A stretch of 64,000 bases of DNA, taken from assembly GCA_964016885.1 (NCBI GenBank), contig OZ024763.1, positions 6,324,001 to 6,388,000 on the forward strand. Direction: 5' to 3'. Shown here piece after piece: positions 25,512-39,506 of the stretch (within the stretch, counting starts at the first letter, position 1; every line of letters begins with the position of its first letter). Made by a program: the position numbers and the translations under genes. The DNA comes from Eledone cirrhosa (lineage: Eukaryota). Under the pieces are notes generated by a model. That model did not search any database and had not been told where the DNA came from. It saw nothing but the letters and a program-made list of their open reading frames with translations.

Positions 25512-25741
25512 CTGGAAAACGAAAGAAAGAAGAAGAGATCAACATTAATTAGTATCGCAGCTTCATGAATGTGGTAGAGCCATATATACACAGGCCTGGT
25601 TGTAATATCATTAACAATCACAGATTTAACTAAACTCACTTAAAACACCATATGACGGCTTACACTAGACTTTAATTTTGGGAAAGTGGAGGGGACATAT
25701 ATATATGATTTAATATAAATCTTTGTTAATCCTGTTCTATA

Positions 25742-25782
<41 letters not shown>

Positions 25783-26304
25783 AAGTATTATTAGTACAGA
25801 TAAAAGTTTAAGCAAAAGATTTGGTGCTTTCACCCTATTCACTTTTCTGATTTTGGTCTTCATAATTATTATTGCTATATATATATATATATATATATTA
25901 TATTCAATATTAGAAATTGGTAAGATAATAGTAAAGCACTACACTATAATCAAATAGTTTACTCTCTTTCTCTCTCTCTCTATATATATACACACACATA
26001 GAGAGAGAGTCTGTGATGCTGAGAAAGGGGAGACTACTAATTATAGGAGTACTCAATGCATGGGGAGACGCAGTGGGTATAGAGATGTGTAAAATCTAGA
26101 CCACTTGATGCTGCGGTCGGGATTTTATATCTCTCTCTGTAAATATATATATATATACACTTTGTGATATTGTAAAACTACCGTGATTGGGAATTTATCA
26201 ATTGGATTAAACTGTTTTTTTACCTATCTTGCTGTGGACTATAAAATCACGTTGAGCTTTAAAATGTTCTTTGCCTTTATATAGTTGCATTATCAACTCA
26301 TTTA

Positions 26305-26347
<43 letters not shown>

Positions 26348-26529
26348 ATCATTTTATTAACACTCCACTTACCTTATTTCAAACGAAATACACTGCCTAT
26401 GGCTTTCATATAATTTTATTTTTAATGATAGAGAATTTGGAGGGATTTAGTAATATAACTATTTTAACAAAGGTTCTTATATAAAATTATGATGGAAGGT
26501 ATTTTTAAATGATATATATAGTTTAATTC

Positions 26530-27570
26530 ATTACCATATTTCTAATGATAGACACTGCCTATGTCTTCAACCCTTTAGTGACCATATTTCTAATGAAAGA
26601 CACTGCCTATGTCATTAGCCCTTTCATTACCATGTTTCTAATGAAAGACACTGCCTATGTCTTTAACACTTTCGTTACCATATTTCTAATGAAAGACACT
26701 GTCTATGTCTTTAACACTTTCGTTACCATATTTCTAATGAAAGACACTGCCTATGTCTTTAACACTTTCGTTACCATATTTCTAATGAAAGACACTGTCT
26801 ATGTCTTTAACACTTTCGTTACCATATTTCTAATGAAAGACACTGTCTATGTCTTTAACACTTTCATTACCATATTTCTAATGAAAGACACTGTCTATGT
26901 CTTTAACACTTTCATTACCATATTTCTAATGAAAGACACTGCCTATGTCTTTAACACTTTCATTACCATATTTCTAATGAAAGACACTGTCTATGTCTTT
27001 AACACTTTCGTTACCATATTTCTAATGAAAGACACTGTCTATGTCTTTAACACTATCATTACCATATTTCTAATGAAAGACACTGCCTATGTCTTTAACA
27101 CTTTCGTTACCATATTTCTAATGTAAGACATAGCCTATGTCTTTAACACTTTCGTTACCATATTTCTAATGAAAGACACTGCCTATGTCATTAACCCTTT
27201 CATTACCATATTTCTAATGAAAGACACTGCCTATGTCTTCAACCCTTTCGTGACCATATTTCTAATGAAAGACACTGCCTATGTCTTTAACACTTTCATT
27301 ACCATATTTCTAATGAAAGATACTGCCTATGTCTTTAACACTTTCGTTACCATATTTCTAATGAAAGACACTACCTATGTCTTCAACCCTTTCGTGACCA
27401 TATTTCTAATGAAAGACACTGCCTATGTCTTTAACACTTTCATTACCATATTTCTAATGAAAGACACTGTCTATGTCATTAACCCTTCCATTACCATATT
27501 TCTAATGAAAGATACTGCCTATGTCTTTAACACTTTCGTTACCATATTTCTAATGAAAGACATAGCCTTG
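26530..27570 (+). repeat. 48-bp satellite, about 21 copies
   Basis: Same unit as the 18.5-kb array, mostly the ttaacactttc variant; gives the MKDTAYVFNTFVTIFL pseudo-ORFs. Confidence 0.95.
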
Positions 27571-28380
27571 CTAAAGAACACATGCTACTTGGTCCAAAGA
27601 CAGAAACCACAACCTAACAATTACAAGACCAACAAAAACATGGTTGTCAGAAAGTTCAACAGGAGACATCTTAGAAACGAACGATTAAGTGATGTTTAAA
27701 CAGACAAAACAAAATTTCCAGAGCAAACTGTTTCCGTAACAATGACAACGGCAACAACAACAACAAAGAATAAAGCAAAAATATAAAAACCAAAGTGTTT
27801 AAGAAATTATAGAAAACAAAATAATTATTGTTGCTTCACATGACTTTAGTGTGTGGTTATGTGATGTGACTTAGCAGGGAAAAAAATTACTTGGGGGCTC
27901 TAATATCAACTAAATCACTTCAAGGCATTGCTCCAACATGACCACAGTCTAATGACTGAAACCAAGAGAGGACTTAATCTTTAGGAGGCTGAATTCTTTT
28001 ATGAATTGTCTCCCCTGACACTGCATTGTGTATTAAGGGGAGACCACTCTATTATCGCTGACCGCCTTAAAGGTTAAGGAGATATTATCATACCCCTAAC
28101 CTGCTTTACAAAGTGTCAAATATCTTGGCACAAATAAAGAATCCCCACTACCACCCACACAAAAAGGAAGAAGTGCATTACCATGGTCAACGTGGCCTTT
28201 TATGCTTTTAGGAGTCAAAGTATCAGTCGAACACTGGGGTCAATTCTTCCTCTACCTCTCAATATATGGAAGAGGTCAGCTACGTTCAGCCCTGGTTCAA
28301 AATGGCCAAGACATGTAGTAACACACTACAGTGCCTTTATGGTTCCATCAGGATTTAGAGGCACACATGCAAACACACAT

Positions 28381-29100
28381 TCATACTGTAAGCCACTAGT
28401 ACCGCTATGGTCCCATCAACAGTTACAGGCCCACACATACTGTAAGCCACTAGTACCGCTCTGGTCCCATCAACAGTTACAGGCCCACACATACTGTAAG
28501 CCACTAGTACCGCTCTGGTCCCATCAACAGTTACAGGCCCCCACATACTGTAAGCCACTAGTACCGCTCTGGTCCCATCAACAGTTACAGGCCCCCACAT
28601 ACTGTAAGCCACTAGTACCGCTCTGGTCCCATCAACAGTTACAGGCCCACACATACTGTAAGCCACTAGTACCGCTCTGGTCCCATCAACAGTTACAGGC
28701 CCCCACATACTGTAAGCCACTAGTACCGCTATGGTCCCATCAACAGTTACAGGCCCACACATACTGTAAGCCACTAGTACCGCTATGGTCCCATCAACAG
28801 TTACAGGCCCACACATACTGTAAGCCACTAGTACCGCTATGGTCCCACCAACAGTTACAGGCCCACACATACTGTAAGCCACTAGTACCGCTCTGGTCCC
28901 ATCAACAGTTACAGGCCCCCACATACTGTAAGCCACTAGTACCGCTCTGGTCCCATCAACAGTTACAGGCCCCCACATACTGTAAGCCACTAGTACCGCT
29001 CTGGTCCCATCAACAGTTACAGGCCCACACATACTGTAAGCCACTAGTACCGCTCTGGTCCCATCAACAGTTACAGGCCCCCACATACTGTAAGCCACTA
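28381..29100. repeat. 54-bp minisatellite, about 13 near-identical copies
   Basis: Unit catactgtaagccactagtaccgctctggtcccatcaacagttacaggcccMca. Confidence 0.95.
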
Positions 29101-29637
29101 CAGTGTTTCTATGACTCCATCAAGAGTTACAGGCACTCACACACACACACTAATAACATTCTTCTAATCTTACACCATGGTCATTATGTTTCTGTAACAT
29201 GTGTATTTGCTAAGTTTCATCAGACAAATAGTCTTCTCTGTTAGCTGATACACTGCAACCATGTTGTAAGAATATAAATAGATTTATACTACACACACAA
29301 ACAAACAAGAAAGGGAGAAAGGATATTTCTGTGTACAATATTAAGCTTTTTTATCGATCTTTGTAAAATATTCTTTATTTCTCTATCAGAATAATGAATT
29401 TATGTGTAAATATTGAATTATAATACACCCACACACACCCCTCTCTCTCTGTCTGTATATATATATAAATAGATAAAGAGTTAGATTGATAGAGGGAGAT
29501 CAATTGATAGAGCACCCTCACGTGGGTGGTAGAGAGGAACAAGTAACTGAAAACAGTATAAATAGACTAAAAAACAAAGATCAAGAATCAATGTACAAAA
29601 GTTTAACCAGCTTCTGATGTATACAGGTGTATGGGTA

Positions 29638-29713
<76 letters not shown>

Positions 29714-29944
29714 ATACATACATGTATATATATTATATATATGACAGGGGCGGTGGAAGCATTTCTGAATTGGATGAGGACCCAAATTGTGTCAATTTAG
29801 TTGTAGTGATTAGTTTAGCTGTTATCAAATATCAACCAAGATATAAAAATCTTTGATATGCGATAAACATAACATAACATATAAAGTGTAGCGTACATAG
29901 AAATAGATGTGTGTTTTGGGGAGAAATATATAATTATTGAGGGA

Positions 29945-30145
29945 ACCATGGCCAGCAATTTTGGGGGAGGGGAAAGTCGATTAAATCGACCCCAGTACAT
30001 TACTGGTACTTTATTTTATCGACCTCGTAAGGATGAAAGGCAAAGTTAACCTTGGCGGGATTTGAACTCAGATCGTAAAGGGAGGTAACTCTATGCTTCA
30101 AAGCATGGCGTCCGACCCTCTACCGATACTGCCAATCCACACTAA
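29945..30145 (-). mobile_element. SINE family 2, well-preserved copy
   Basis: Pol III A/B boxes on the minus strand (tggcagtatcggtag; gagttcaaatcc) plus core gcctttcatccttacgaggtcgataaaataaagtaccag. Confidence 0.8.
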
Positions 30146-30677
30146 TAATAAGCCTTGTTGGAGTAAAGAAAAGATAGTTTAATGAAATACTGTCTTAAAG
30201 AATGCTATTCTAATCTTGCTATTATTACTGTGAAGTAAACTAATTTAACCTACAATAATAACCTGCAATGATTTAGAAAATGTCTATAAAAAAAAAAAAA
30301 CGACTTTGGCAACTCAAATGCTTATAGTATCTTTATTAGTGGACAGATTGTTGTTAAAATTTGTAGTATTAGTGTGAAAACTTTCATATTTAATTTGATG
30401 TAGTCAAGGTGTTATTTTGTACTAAATGTTTATAGTATATTTAGTGGTGGACAGAATGTTGTGAAAATTTAATATTTAATTTTATGTAGTCAGAGTGCCG
30501 TTTTATACTTTTCAAGAAAGTCTTGCTAATGTGGTTTAATTGGGTACAGGTCATTAAGAGTTAATACAATAAGGTTAAAATACCTGTCGGTAGTTTTTAA
30601 TTTTTGTTTTTGCATTTACAAAGAAAATATATAGGAGGAAAGATTTGATAAAGACTACGATAGATTTTGTATAATAT

Positions 30678-30740
<63 letters not shown>

Positions 30741-31058
30741 ATCCAACAACTAGTTATCGCTCCTAATGGCTGAATACAATAAATGTAATCTGAGTCTTTT
30801 AAATACGAATAATAATATTCGAAAAACCCAGATTACATTTATTATATATATATACAAAATATTGGATGTGGTGTGGTGTTGGTTGATTTCACTAAGAAGC
30901 TTAAAAATAGACATTTATAAAAAGTACAGATATATGTATGTGTGTGTATGTATATATATATCTACACACACACATACATATATACATACACAAACACACA
31001 TTGAAAATATTTTAATTGATAAAAATTATGAACATCATTATTATCATCAGTGTTATTA

Positions 31059-31509
31059 TTTAGGTTAAGCTTAAGGTAGATAGAAAGTATCATTTAACTG
31101 TACAAAGTGTAAGCACCTTTCAAATATTCCTCCTTATACAGAAAAGAAACCCATACAAGATTACTCTCTCTCTTAAGGTAGATAGAAAGTATCATTTAAC
31201 TGTACAAAGTGTAAGCACTTTTCAAATATTCCTCCTTATACAGAAAAGAAACCCATACAAGATTACTCTCTCTCTTAAGGTAGATAGAAAGTATCATTTA
31301 ACTGTACAAAGTGTAAGCACTTTTCAAATATTCCTCCTTATACAGAAAAGAAACCCATACAAGATTACTCTCCCTCTTAAGGTAGATAGAAAGTATCATT
31401 TAACTGTACAAAGTGTAAGCACCTTTCAAATATTCCTCCTTATACAGAAAAGAAACCCATACAAGATTACTCTCTCTCTCTCTCCTATCTACCTTAAGCT
31501 TACCCTAAA
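31059..31509. repeat. 102-bp tandem repeat, 4 copies, bounded by 25-bp inverted repeats
   Basis: tttaggttaagcttaaggtagatag ... ctatctaccttaagcttaccctaaa. Confidence 0.9.
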
Positions 31510-31961
31510 TCTTCAAATACATGCTGAGTTCTGCCATGAATATCTTGTCACACCAATGTTTTCTCTATGAAGCTTTTGGGCAAATTTGAAAATCTGTTTG
31601 CTTTTATTATATAACTGCTATAAAATAAATGAAATAGGAAAACAAACGAAACCAGAGCTGGTTTTAGTCAGGTTGGTATAAAAAGGGTTAAAATAAGAAC
31701 CCTTTAAAATGGGTGGTGGGGGGTGGGGGTTTGTTCCATAATAACCAGAGCTGGTTTTAGCCAGGATGGTATAAGAAGAGCTAAATAGAAACCCTTTAAA
31801 ATATGTGATTTTGTTTCTTAAAAACCAAAGCTGGTTTTAGCCAGGTTTTATAAAACTCAGAGCTGGTATCAAAAGATGAACTTTCTAACAACTATAAACC
31901 AGTCTTAATAAAAATCATCATTTTAATTCCAGCAAAAATCTATAATTGATAATATTTCTAA

Positions 31962-32266
31962 CCCTTTCATTACCATATTTACAATGAAAGACACTACCTA
32001 TGTCTTTAACCCTCTTGTTACCATATTTCTAATGAAAGACACTGCCTATGATTACCTAATAATTTTGCAAATAATCAACAATTTGAGGGGATTTAGTAAT
32101 ATATAACTAATTTTCTCAATATTAACCTGGTGTCTGGAACATAAAATAAAGGTTCCTATACAAAATCATAACGGAAGGTTTTTAGATAAATATAAACACT
32201 TTAAAACGAACAATTTTGTAGGAAGGGAGACCAAGGGTCATTTCAAGTGGGTTGGTACGAAAAGGG
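31962..32266 (+). mobile_element. MITE family B, complete, with two 48-bp head units
   Basis: CCCTTTCATTACCA ... TGGTACGAAAAGGG termini. Confidence 0.75.
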
Positions 32267-33723
32267 TAAAAAAAAAAGAGATTTATGAAGACTTATGCAT
32301 ATAACTAAGGGGAGATAATCATTAAGATTTATACAGCCTATACTGGATTTACAAATCAATTTAAACTGTTTTTTAGTCAATAAACTGAATACAAAAGACA
32401 ACAACAGACTTTATTTCGCAACCTCTTGGAGAATGTTTTTTTAAATATTTTCTTTACTTGGAATAAAATATTTTATAGAAAATAAAGAGGAGACTGAAGG
32501 AATATTAGCTACAGATCAATAATTATATCAATAACATGCCTGGCTTATCAATACTATAAACAACCAAATTAGTAATAACTGCATTCAATGTGTGTGGGTG
32601 TGTGTGTATGTGTGTGTAGGTGCGTGCATGTGTGTGGCTAAAACACAACTCAGGTTATATTTATAATCACACACACAAACCTTATTTGTTGTGGCCAACC
32701 TGCATATGTATGTATATATATACATATATACACACACATAAACATACATGAGTGTGTGTGAGAATGTATACATGCGTGTCTGTATACATATATATATGCA
32801 TACACATATATATACACATACCCAATATATTCATTAAATGTACTTGTCAACCTATGTATGCATGTGTATATATATATACACACACACATACACATGTGAA
32901 GGTAAGGTGTACATGTGTCTGTATGTGTGTGTGTATATATATATATATATATGGTTTATGTATATATGTGGTGTGGTGTGTGCGGGCTAAAACACAACTA
33001 AGGAAGGTATATATAATATATATAATATATATATATATATATACAAACAATAAGCATAAAATATTCTTGCCAACCTGTGTAATGTGTCAGGTTGGGTTTT
33101 CACCTGCCCACAGCTCTGGTTTAACCTGGAGATTACACAGGAAAATTATCCATCACTGTACAATTCAACATCATTATCATAGCAATACAAACTATATATA
33201 TATATATATATATATATAACAACAAACACTCAATGAAAATATAGATAGAATATAAATTTTTTTTCCAATAAAATAAAATAAATACAACACATTTACTGAG
33301 ATGGAAATCTTTGAACACTTAAGAATGAAATAAATTTCACAAATGGCTAATATATATATGTATAATATATATATATATATATATATTTTTGCCACAATTC
33401 AAATAATCTTTTAAAAGTATTATTATATATATATATATATATATGAAAAAATTAAGTTATGCCAGATATTTTAAAACATTTGAAATAAAAGTTAAAATAT
33501 ATATATATGGAATAGAAATAGTTTAAGATTCTTCAATGTCGTTAGTTTTAATTCATGAAACTCCAAAAGTAATTAATGTAAACCGATAACCGATAAGTTA
33601 ACGAGCATATTAGACAAGTTTAAAAGTTTGAAATCTATTTGCTTTTTAATTAATTATGAAAAGTTACCATAATTTATATAACTATAAACCACACCCCCAG
33701 CAAGGAGGGAAGCCAATTGTGAG

Positions 33724-35210
33724 GTCAGACCAAGGAAATAATATTTCCAATGGTCTTTCTATTGCTGACACTATCTGTCAGAAGAAAGGAACTGATCATC
33801 AGATCAGACCAAGGAAACAATGTTTCCATTGGTCTTTCCATAGCTGATACTATCTGTCAGTCACAACTCCTGGCAGAAGAAAGGAGCTGATCATCAGATC
33901 AGACCAAGGAAATACTGTTTCTAACGGTCTTTCCAAAGCTGATACTATCTGTCAGTCACAACTCCTGGCAGAAGAAAGGAGCTGATCATCAGATCAGACC
34001 AAGGAAATACTGTTTCTAACGGTCTTTCCATAGCTGATACTATCTGTCAGTCACAACTCCTGGCAGAAGAAAGGAGCTGATCATCAGATCAGACCAAGGA
34101 AATACTGTTTCTAACGGTCTTTCCAAAGCTGATACTATCTGTCAGTCACAACTCCTGGCAGAAGAAAGGAGCTGATCATCAGATCAGACCAAGGAAATAC
34201 TGTTTCTAACGGTCTTTCCATAGCTGATACTATCTGTCAGTCACAACTCCTGGCAGAAGAAAGGAGCTGATCATCAGATCAGACCAAGGAAATACTGTTT
34301 CTAACGGTCTTTCCATAGCTGAGACTATCTGTCAGTCACAACTCCTGGCAGAAGAAAGGAGCTGATCATCAGATCAGACCAAGGAAATACTGTTTCTAAC
34401 GGTCTTTCCATAGCTGATACTATCTGTCAGTCACAACTCCTGGCAGAAGAAAGGAGCTGATCATCAGATCAGACCAAGGAAATACTGTTTCTAACGGTCT
34501 TTCCATAGCTGATACTATCTGTCAGTCACAACTCCTGGCAGAAGAAAGGAGCTGATCATCAGATCAGACCAAGGAAATACTGTTTCTAACGGTCTTTCCA
34601 TAGCTGATACTATCTGTCAGTCACAACTCCTGGCAGAAGAAAGGAGCTGATCATCAGATCAGACCAAGGAAATACTGTTTCTAACGGTCTTTCCATAGCT
34701 GATACTATCTGTCAGTCACAACTCCTGGCAGAAGAAAGGAGCTGATCATCAGATCAGACCAAGGAAATACTGTTTCTAACGGTCTTTCCATAGCTGATAC
34801 TATCTGTCAGTCACAACTCCTGGCAGAAGAAAGGAGCTGATCATCAGATCAGACCAAGGAAATACTGTTTCTAACGGTCTTTCCATAGCTGATACTATCT
34901 GTCAGTCACAACTCCTGGCAGAAGAAAGGAGCTGATCATCAGATCAGACCAAGGAAATACTGTTTCTAACGGTCTTTCCATAGCTGATACTATCTGTCAG
35001 TCACAACTCCTGGCAGAAGAAAGGAGCTGATCATCAGATCAGACCAAGGAAATACTGTTTCTAGCGGTCTCTCCATAGCTGATACTATCTGTCAGTCACA
35101 ACTCCTGGCAGAAGAAAGGAGCTGATCATCAGATCAGACCAAGGAAATACTGTTTCTAACGGTCTCTCCATAGCTGATACTATCTACTGGTCACAACTCC
35201 TGGCAGAAGG
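33724..35210. repeat. 95-bp satellite, about 15 near-identical copies
   Basis: Unit gatcagaccaaggaaatactgtttctaacggtctttccatagctgatactatctgtcagtcacaactcctggcagaagaaaggagctgatcatca. Confidence 0.95.
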
Positions 35211-36879
35211 AGCAAAATTGAACCTACAGCCCTATGACTATGATTACAACATTCTAACCACCAGGTCCCGTGCTTTCCTTTTTAACTTGGGGTGCCACTG
35301 GTGCAGCCAGTTGGGGAGCCACTCTAGATGTGCCACTGGTGCAGCTTATCAATGGGGTGCCACTCTAGATGGTCACCACTCCTCCTTGGTTCCTGTCCTC
35401 AGTCATGTGCAGAAGGGTCTTGTTGTTGTGACCTGTTACCTGTTCAGCCATTGAGGTTGTCGGACCATCATTTCCTTTCGGTTGCATCTTCTCTGCACTC
35501 TCTCGACTGTGCCCTGAAGGATGGTTTTAAACTATAACGTGGGTAAATTAAATTTACCTTTAGAGATGGAGGGAAACAAGGACAAAGGTGGCTACAGGAA
35601 TCAAACAAAGTTTCAGCCGTTCACTGGACAGCTATGACAACTGAGTAATCATGAACTATTGTAAAGGTTATTGCTGCCCTCACCAAAGTTAATTTATCCA
35701 GGAATTCTTTTGGTTATTTTATAGTTAATAATATATAAATTGCGGCACCTACTCACAAGAAAATCAAATAGATTTCAAATTAATAATGGCCAACATATTT
35801 TATTTTTTACTCTTGACCTTCAGCACACTGAATTTTTTATGAATTGCTTCCCTTGCTACTGTATTATGTATTCAGGGCAGATTACTCTATAGGCGACATA
35901 ATGTGCCTAGAGCGTGCTGAAGATTAATAAAGTTAATAAGAACCGAATGTCTGTTAAATGTTTAAGGCCAATTAAAGGTTATTCAAACTTGCCATTAATA
36001 TAAGATAAATATTTATAATTAAATCGATATTTTCATTTATTTTTTGCAACTTGTCTCACTCGAGGAAGAGTTAAAAATATGTGAATGTAAATTTTACTAA
36101 ACTTTACTAAATTGAACAATAATAATAATAATAATTAGAATAACAACAACAAATGTAGTAACAGATAACAGCAATATCAACAACAATGATAATAATTCTG
36201 TCTAACACAGGCACAGGCCAGCAATTTGTGGGAAAGAGAGGAAAGTTGATTATATCGACTCCAGGACATAACTGGTACTTTATTTTATCAACTCCTGAAA
36301 AGCAAAGAAGTTGACCATGGCGGGATTTGAACTCAGAAGTTAAAGACACAGAACAAATACTGCTAAGCATTTGTCCTCCGATTCTCTGATAACCATTGCT
36401 AGTACACAGCCCTAATAATAATAATAATAATAATTGTTACTACTTTTGGCACAAGGCCAACAATTTGAAGGGAAGGGGAAAGTTGATTAAATCAACCCCA
36501 GTGTATTACTGGTACTGTATTTTATCAATGAAAGGTAAAGTTAACCTGGGCGGGATTTGCACTCAGAACATAAAAGGCCATAATTAAATGCTGCAAAGCA
36601 TGTTGTTCGATGCTCTAACGACTCTGTCAGACCACTACCCCAATAATAATAACAATAGTAATAGTTAAGATACAACTATTTTTGACAATGCAATAATTAA
36701 ATATTTTAAAGAAACCAACAAATAATTTGTTTTATGGAAAAACTAAATTATAGTGGAATGGAATTTGGGGAGACTCATTGTATTTATTTTGATGAAGATA
36801 ACATTTAGTGCATCTATTTAACAATATCAGCAGTTATTAATAAACATTTTTAGTTACTTAATGTTGAAATAAATTTTAT

Positions 36880-37335
36880 TTAATCCTTTCATTACCATAT
36901 TTCCAACGAAAGACACTACCTATGTCATTAACCCTTCATTACCATATTTCTAATGAAAGACACTGTCTATGACTTTAACCCTTTCATTACCATATTTCCA
37001 ACGAAAGACACTGTCTATGTCATTAACCCTTTCATTACCATATTTCTAATGAAAGACACTACCTATGTCATTAACCCTTTCATTACCATATTTCTAATGA
37101 AAGACACTACCTATGACTTTAACCCTTTCATTACCATATTTCTAATGAAAGACACTGCCTATGTCTTTCAAATCATTTTGAAAATAATTATTAAGCTGGT
37201 GTTTGGAACATAAGAAAAGGGTTCTTACATAAAATTATCATGGAAGGTTTTTAGATATAACGATAAACACTTTACTTTAAACAGCTTTGTATCATAGAAC
37301 CAGGAGTGGTTTCAGGCAGTTTGGTATCAAAAGGT
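36880..37335 (+). mobile_element. MITE family B with about 6 head units
   Basis: 48-bp units at 36880-37165, then the body, ending ttggtatcaaaagg. Confidence 0.8.
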
Positions 37336-37659
37336 TATAATATACAATTATTAGATAACAGTTTAGCAATAACAGTAAAACAATAAAGATGGTAAAGACA
37401 TTAGAACAATGATTAGAAAAGCTCTCTTGGAGAGGATAGGATAATAGATATATTAACCCTTAACATCCTGTAGAAGGGGTTTGTTAATTCAAATGTTTAT
37501 AGTATCTTTACTAGTGGATATATTGTTGAAAAATCTTTAATGTGATGCTGTCTGTCACAGTGCTGTTTTGTACTTTTCATTAACACCATGCTAATGTGGT
37601 TTCAAGCGGTACAGGACATTAAGAGTTAAAGTAATAATTGAAGGTGTTGGTATTGGCAA

Positions 37660-38010
37660 CCATAGATAGATGGAAAGAGATAGATAGATATAAACATAGA
37701 TATTTAGATAGATGGTTAGACAGATAGATAGATAGATATAAACATAGATGGATAGCTAGATATATAGATAGATAGATATAAACATAGATATTTAGATAGA
37801 TGGTTAGACAGACAGATAGATATAAACATAGATGGATAGCTAGATATATAGATAGATATAAACAGATATTTAGATAGCTAGATATATAGATAGATAGATA
37901 TAAACAGATATTTAGATAGATGGATAGACAGACAGATAGATAGATAGATATAAACATAGATATTTAGATAGATAGATAGATAGATATAAACATAGATATT
38001 TAGATAGATA
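37660..38010. repeat. (GATA)n-based compound repeat
   Basis: gatagatagatataaacatagatattta recurrences. Confidence 0.9.
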
Positions 38011-38162
38011 TATTTCTTTATTAGCCACAGGGGCACAAAAGAAGGGGACAAATACAAAGGGGGAAGTTTACATACAATAAAAACGTGTAAAATGTTATCA
38101 CAGATGGAATTTAAAAGTTAGTCGATTTTCCCCAATAGAGGGAGACAGTTTATATGGGTTAT

Positions 38163-38197
<35 letters not shown>

Positions 38198-38597
38198 TAA
38201 AGATAGATATTTAGATAGATGGATGTATAAATATATATAAAGTTAGATAGATAGACAGATAGATAAATATATAGACAGACTGACAAACAGATAGAAAGAT
38301 ATTAAATGAAACAATAGATTTTTCCATTAGTCAACCAAATTGAGGAAAGCTTCCCTGAACACACAAGCAACTAGCCACACAGTTCAATACACCAAAATAA
38401 CAGATCAATAAATAGACACATAACAATAGTAATCAATAAACTATATATTATATATTTCAAACAAAAATTATTTGATTTTTAAATTGATAAGAACTCAATT
38501 AATGAAACGAGTAGAAAAACTGAACGATTGAAAAATTGTTAAAAGCATTTTTATAATTAAATATAAGTAGCAAAGATAAAGCTTTTATATTTATTTA

Positions 38598-38658
<61 letters not shown>

Positions 38659-38994
38659 GTGTCTGTGTGTGTGTATATATAATTTTTTTAATTTTTTTTT
38701 TTATTCATACATATACAAACATAATTATACATACAGAGTTACATGTGTATACATGTGTATACATATATATATATATATATATATATATGACACTGACTCC
38801 TTCCATCATATAATAATAATAATTTCTAATTTAGGCAATAGTGATGCCAGTTGTAACACGATGCAATGCTGAAGTATGTCTTTGATATATATGTATATGT
38901 ATATATATGTATATGTATATATATATATATGTATATATTTCGTTTCTGAATTTGTTTAGCAAGATTCTTTATCTGAAATCGTGTGTTGAAACCG

Positions 38995-39420
38995 ATATTG
39001 TTATACTTTGGGAGGGTCATGTTGCCAATAAGAAACACACGCACCAGTTGCTTTCACTTCAATTTATTATAAATTTCCGGTTGGTTGGTTGGTTCCACAA
39101 CCAGATGGTTGTTCATATATTGTCAAAGTTCTTTCGTCACACATTCTGTGACCTCTTCAGTGACTGGGGATTCTTTTCTTTGTTTTGTGCCTCTCCTTTG
39201 TTCTGTCCTACGCCATCTTGTTTTTGTGTGTGTTCAGAAAAGAATCCCACAGTCACTGAAGAGGTCACAGACTGTGTGACGAAACAACTTTGACAATATA
39301 TGAACAACCATCTGGTTGTGGAACCAACCAACCAACGGAAATTTATAATAAATTGAAGTGAAAGCAATTGGTGCGTGTGTTTCTGATTGGCAACATGACC
39401 CTCCCAAAGTATAACAATAT
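38995..39420. mobile_element. Fold-back element: about 180-bp near-perfect inverted arms, about 60-bp spacer
   Basis: 38995-39177 is the reverse complement of 39238-39420; TGTTATA...TATAACA ends in a TA-rich context. Confidence 0.9.
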
Positions 39421-39466
39421 ATATATATATATACACATACATACATATAAACACATAATATATATA

Positions 39467-39506
<40 letters not shown>

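Noticed and set aside
33724-35210. CRISPR-like appearance of the 95-, 54- and 48-bp arrays
   Set aside because: Units are contiguous with no unique spacers, there are no cas genes, and the context is a eukaryotic intron.
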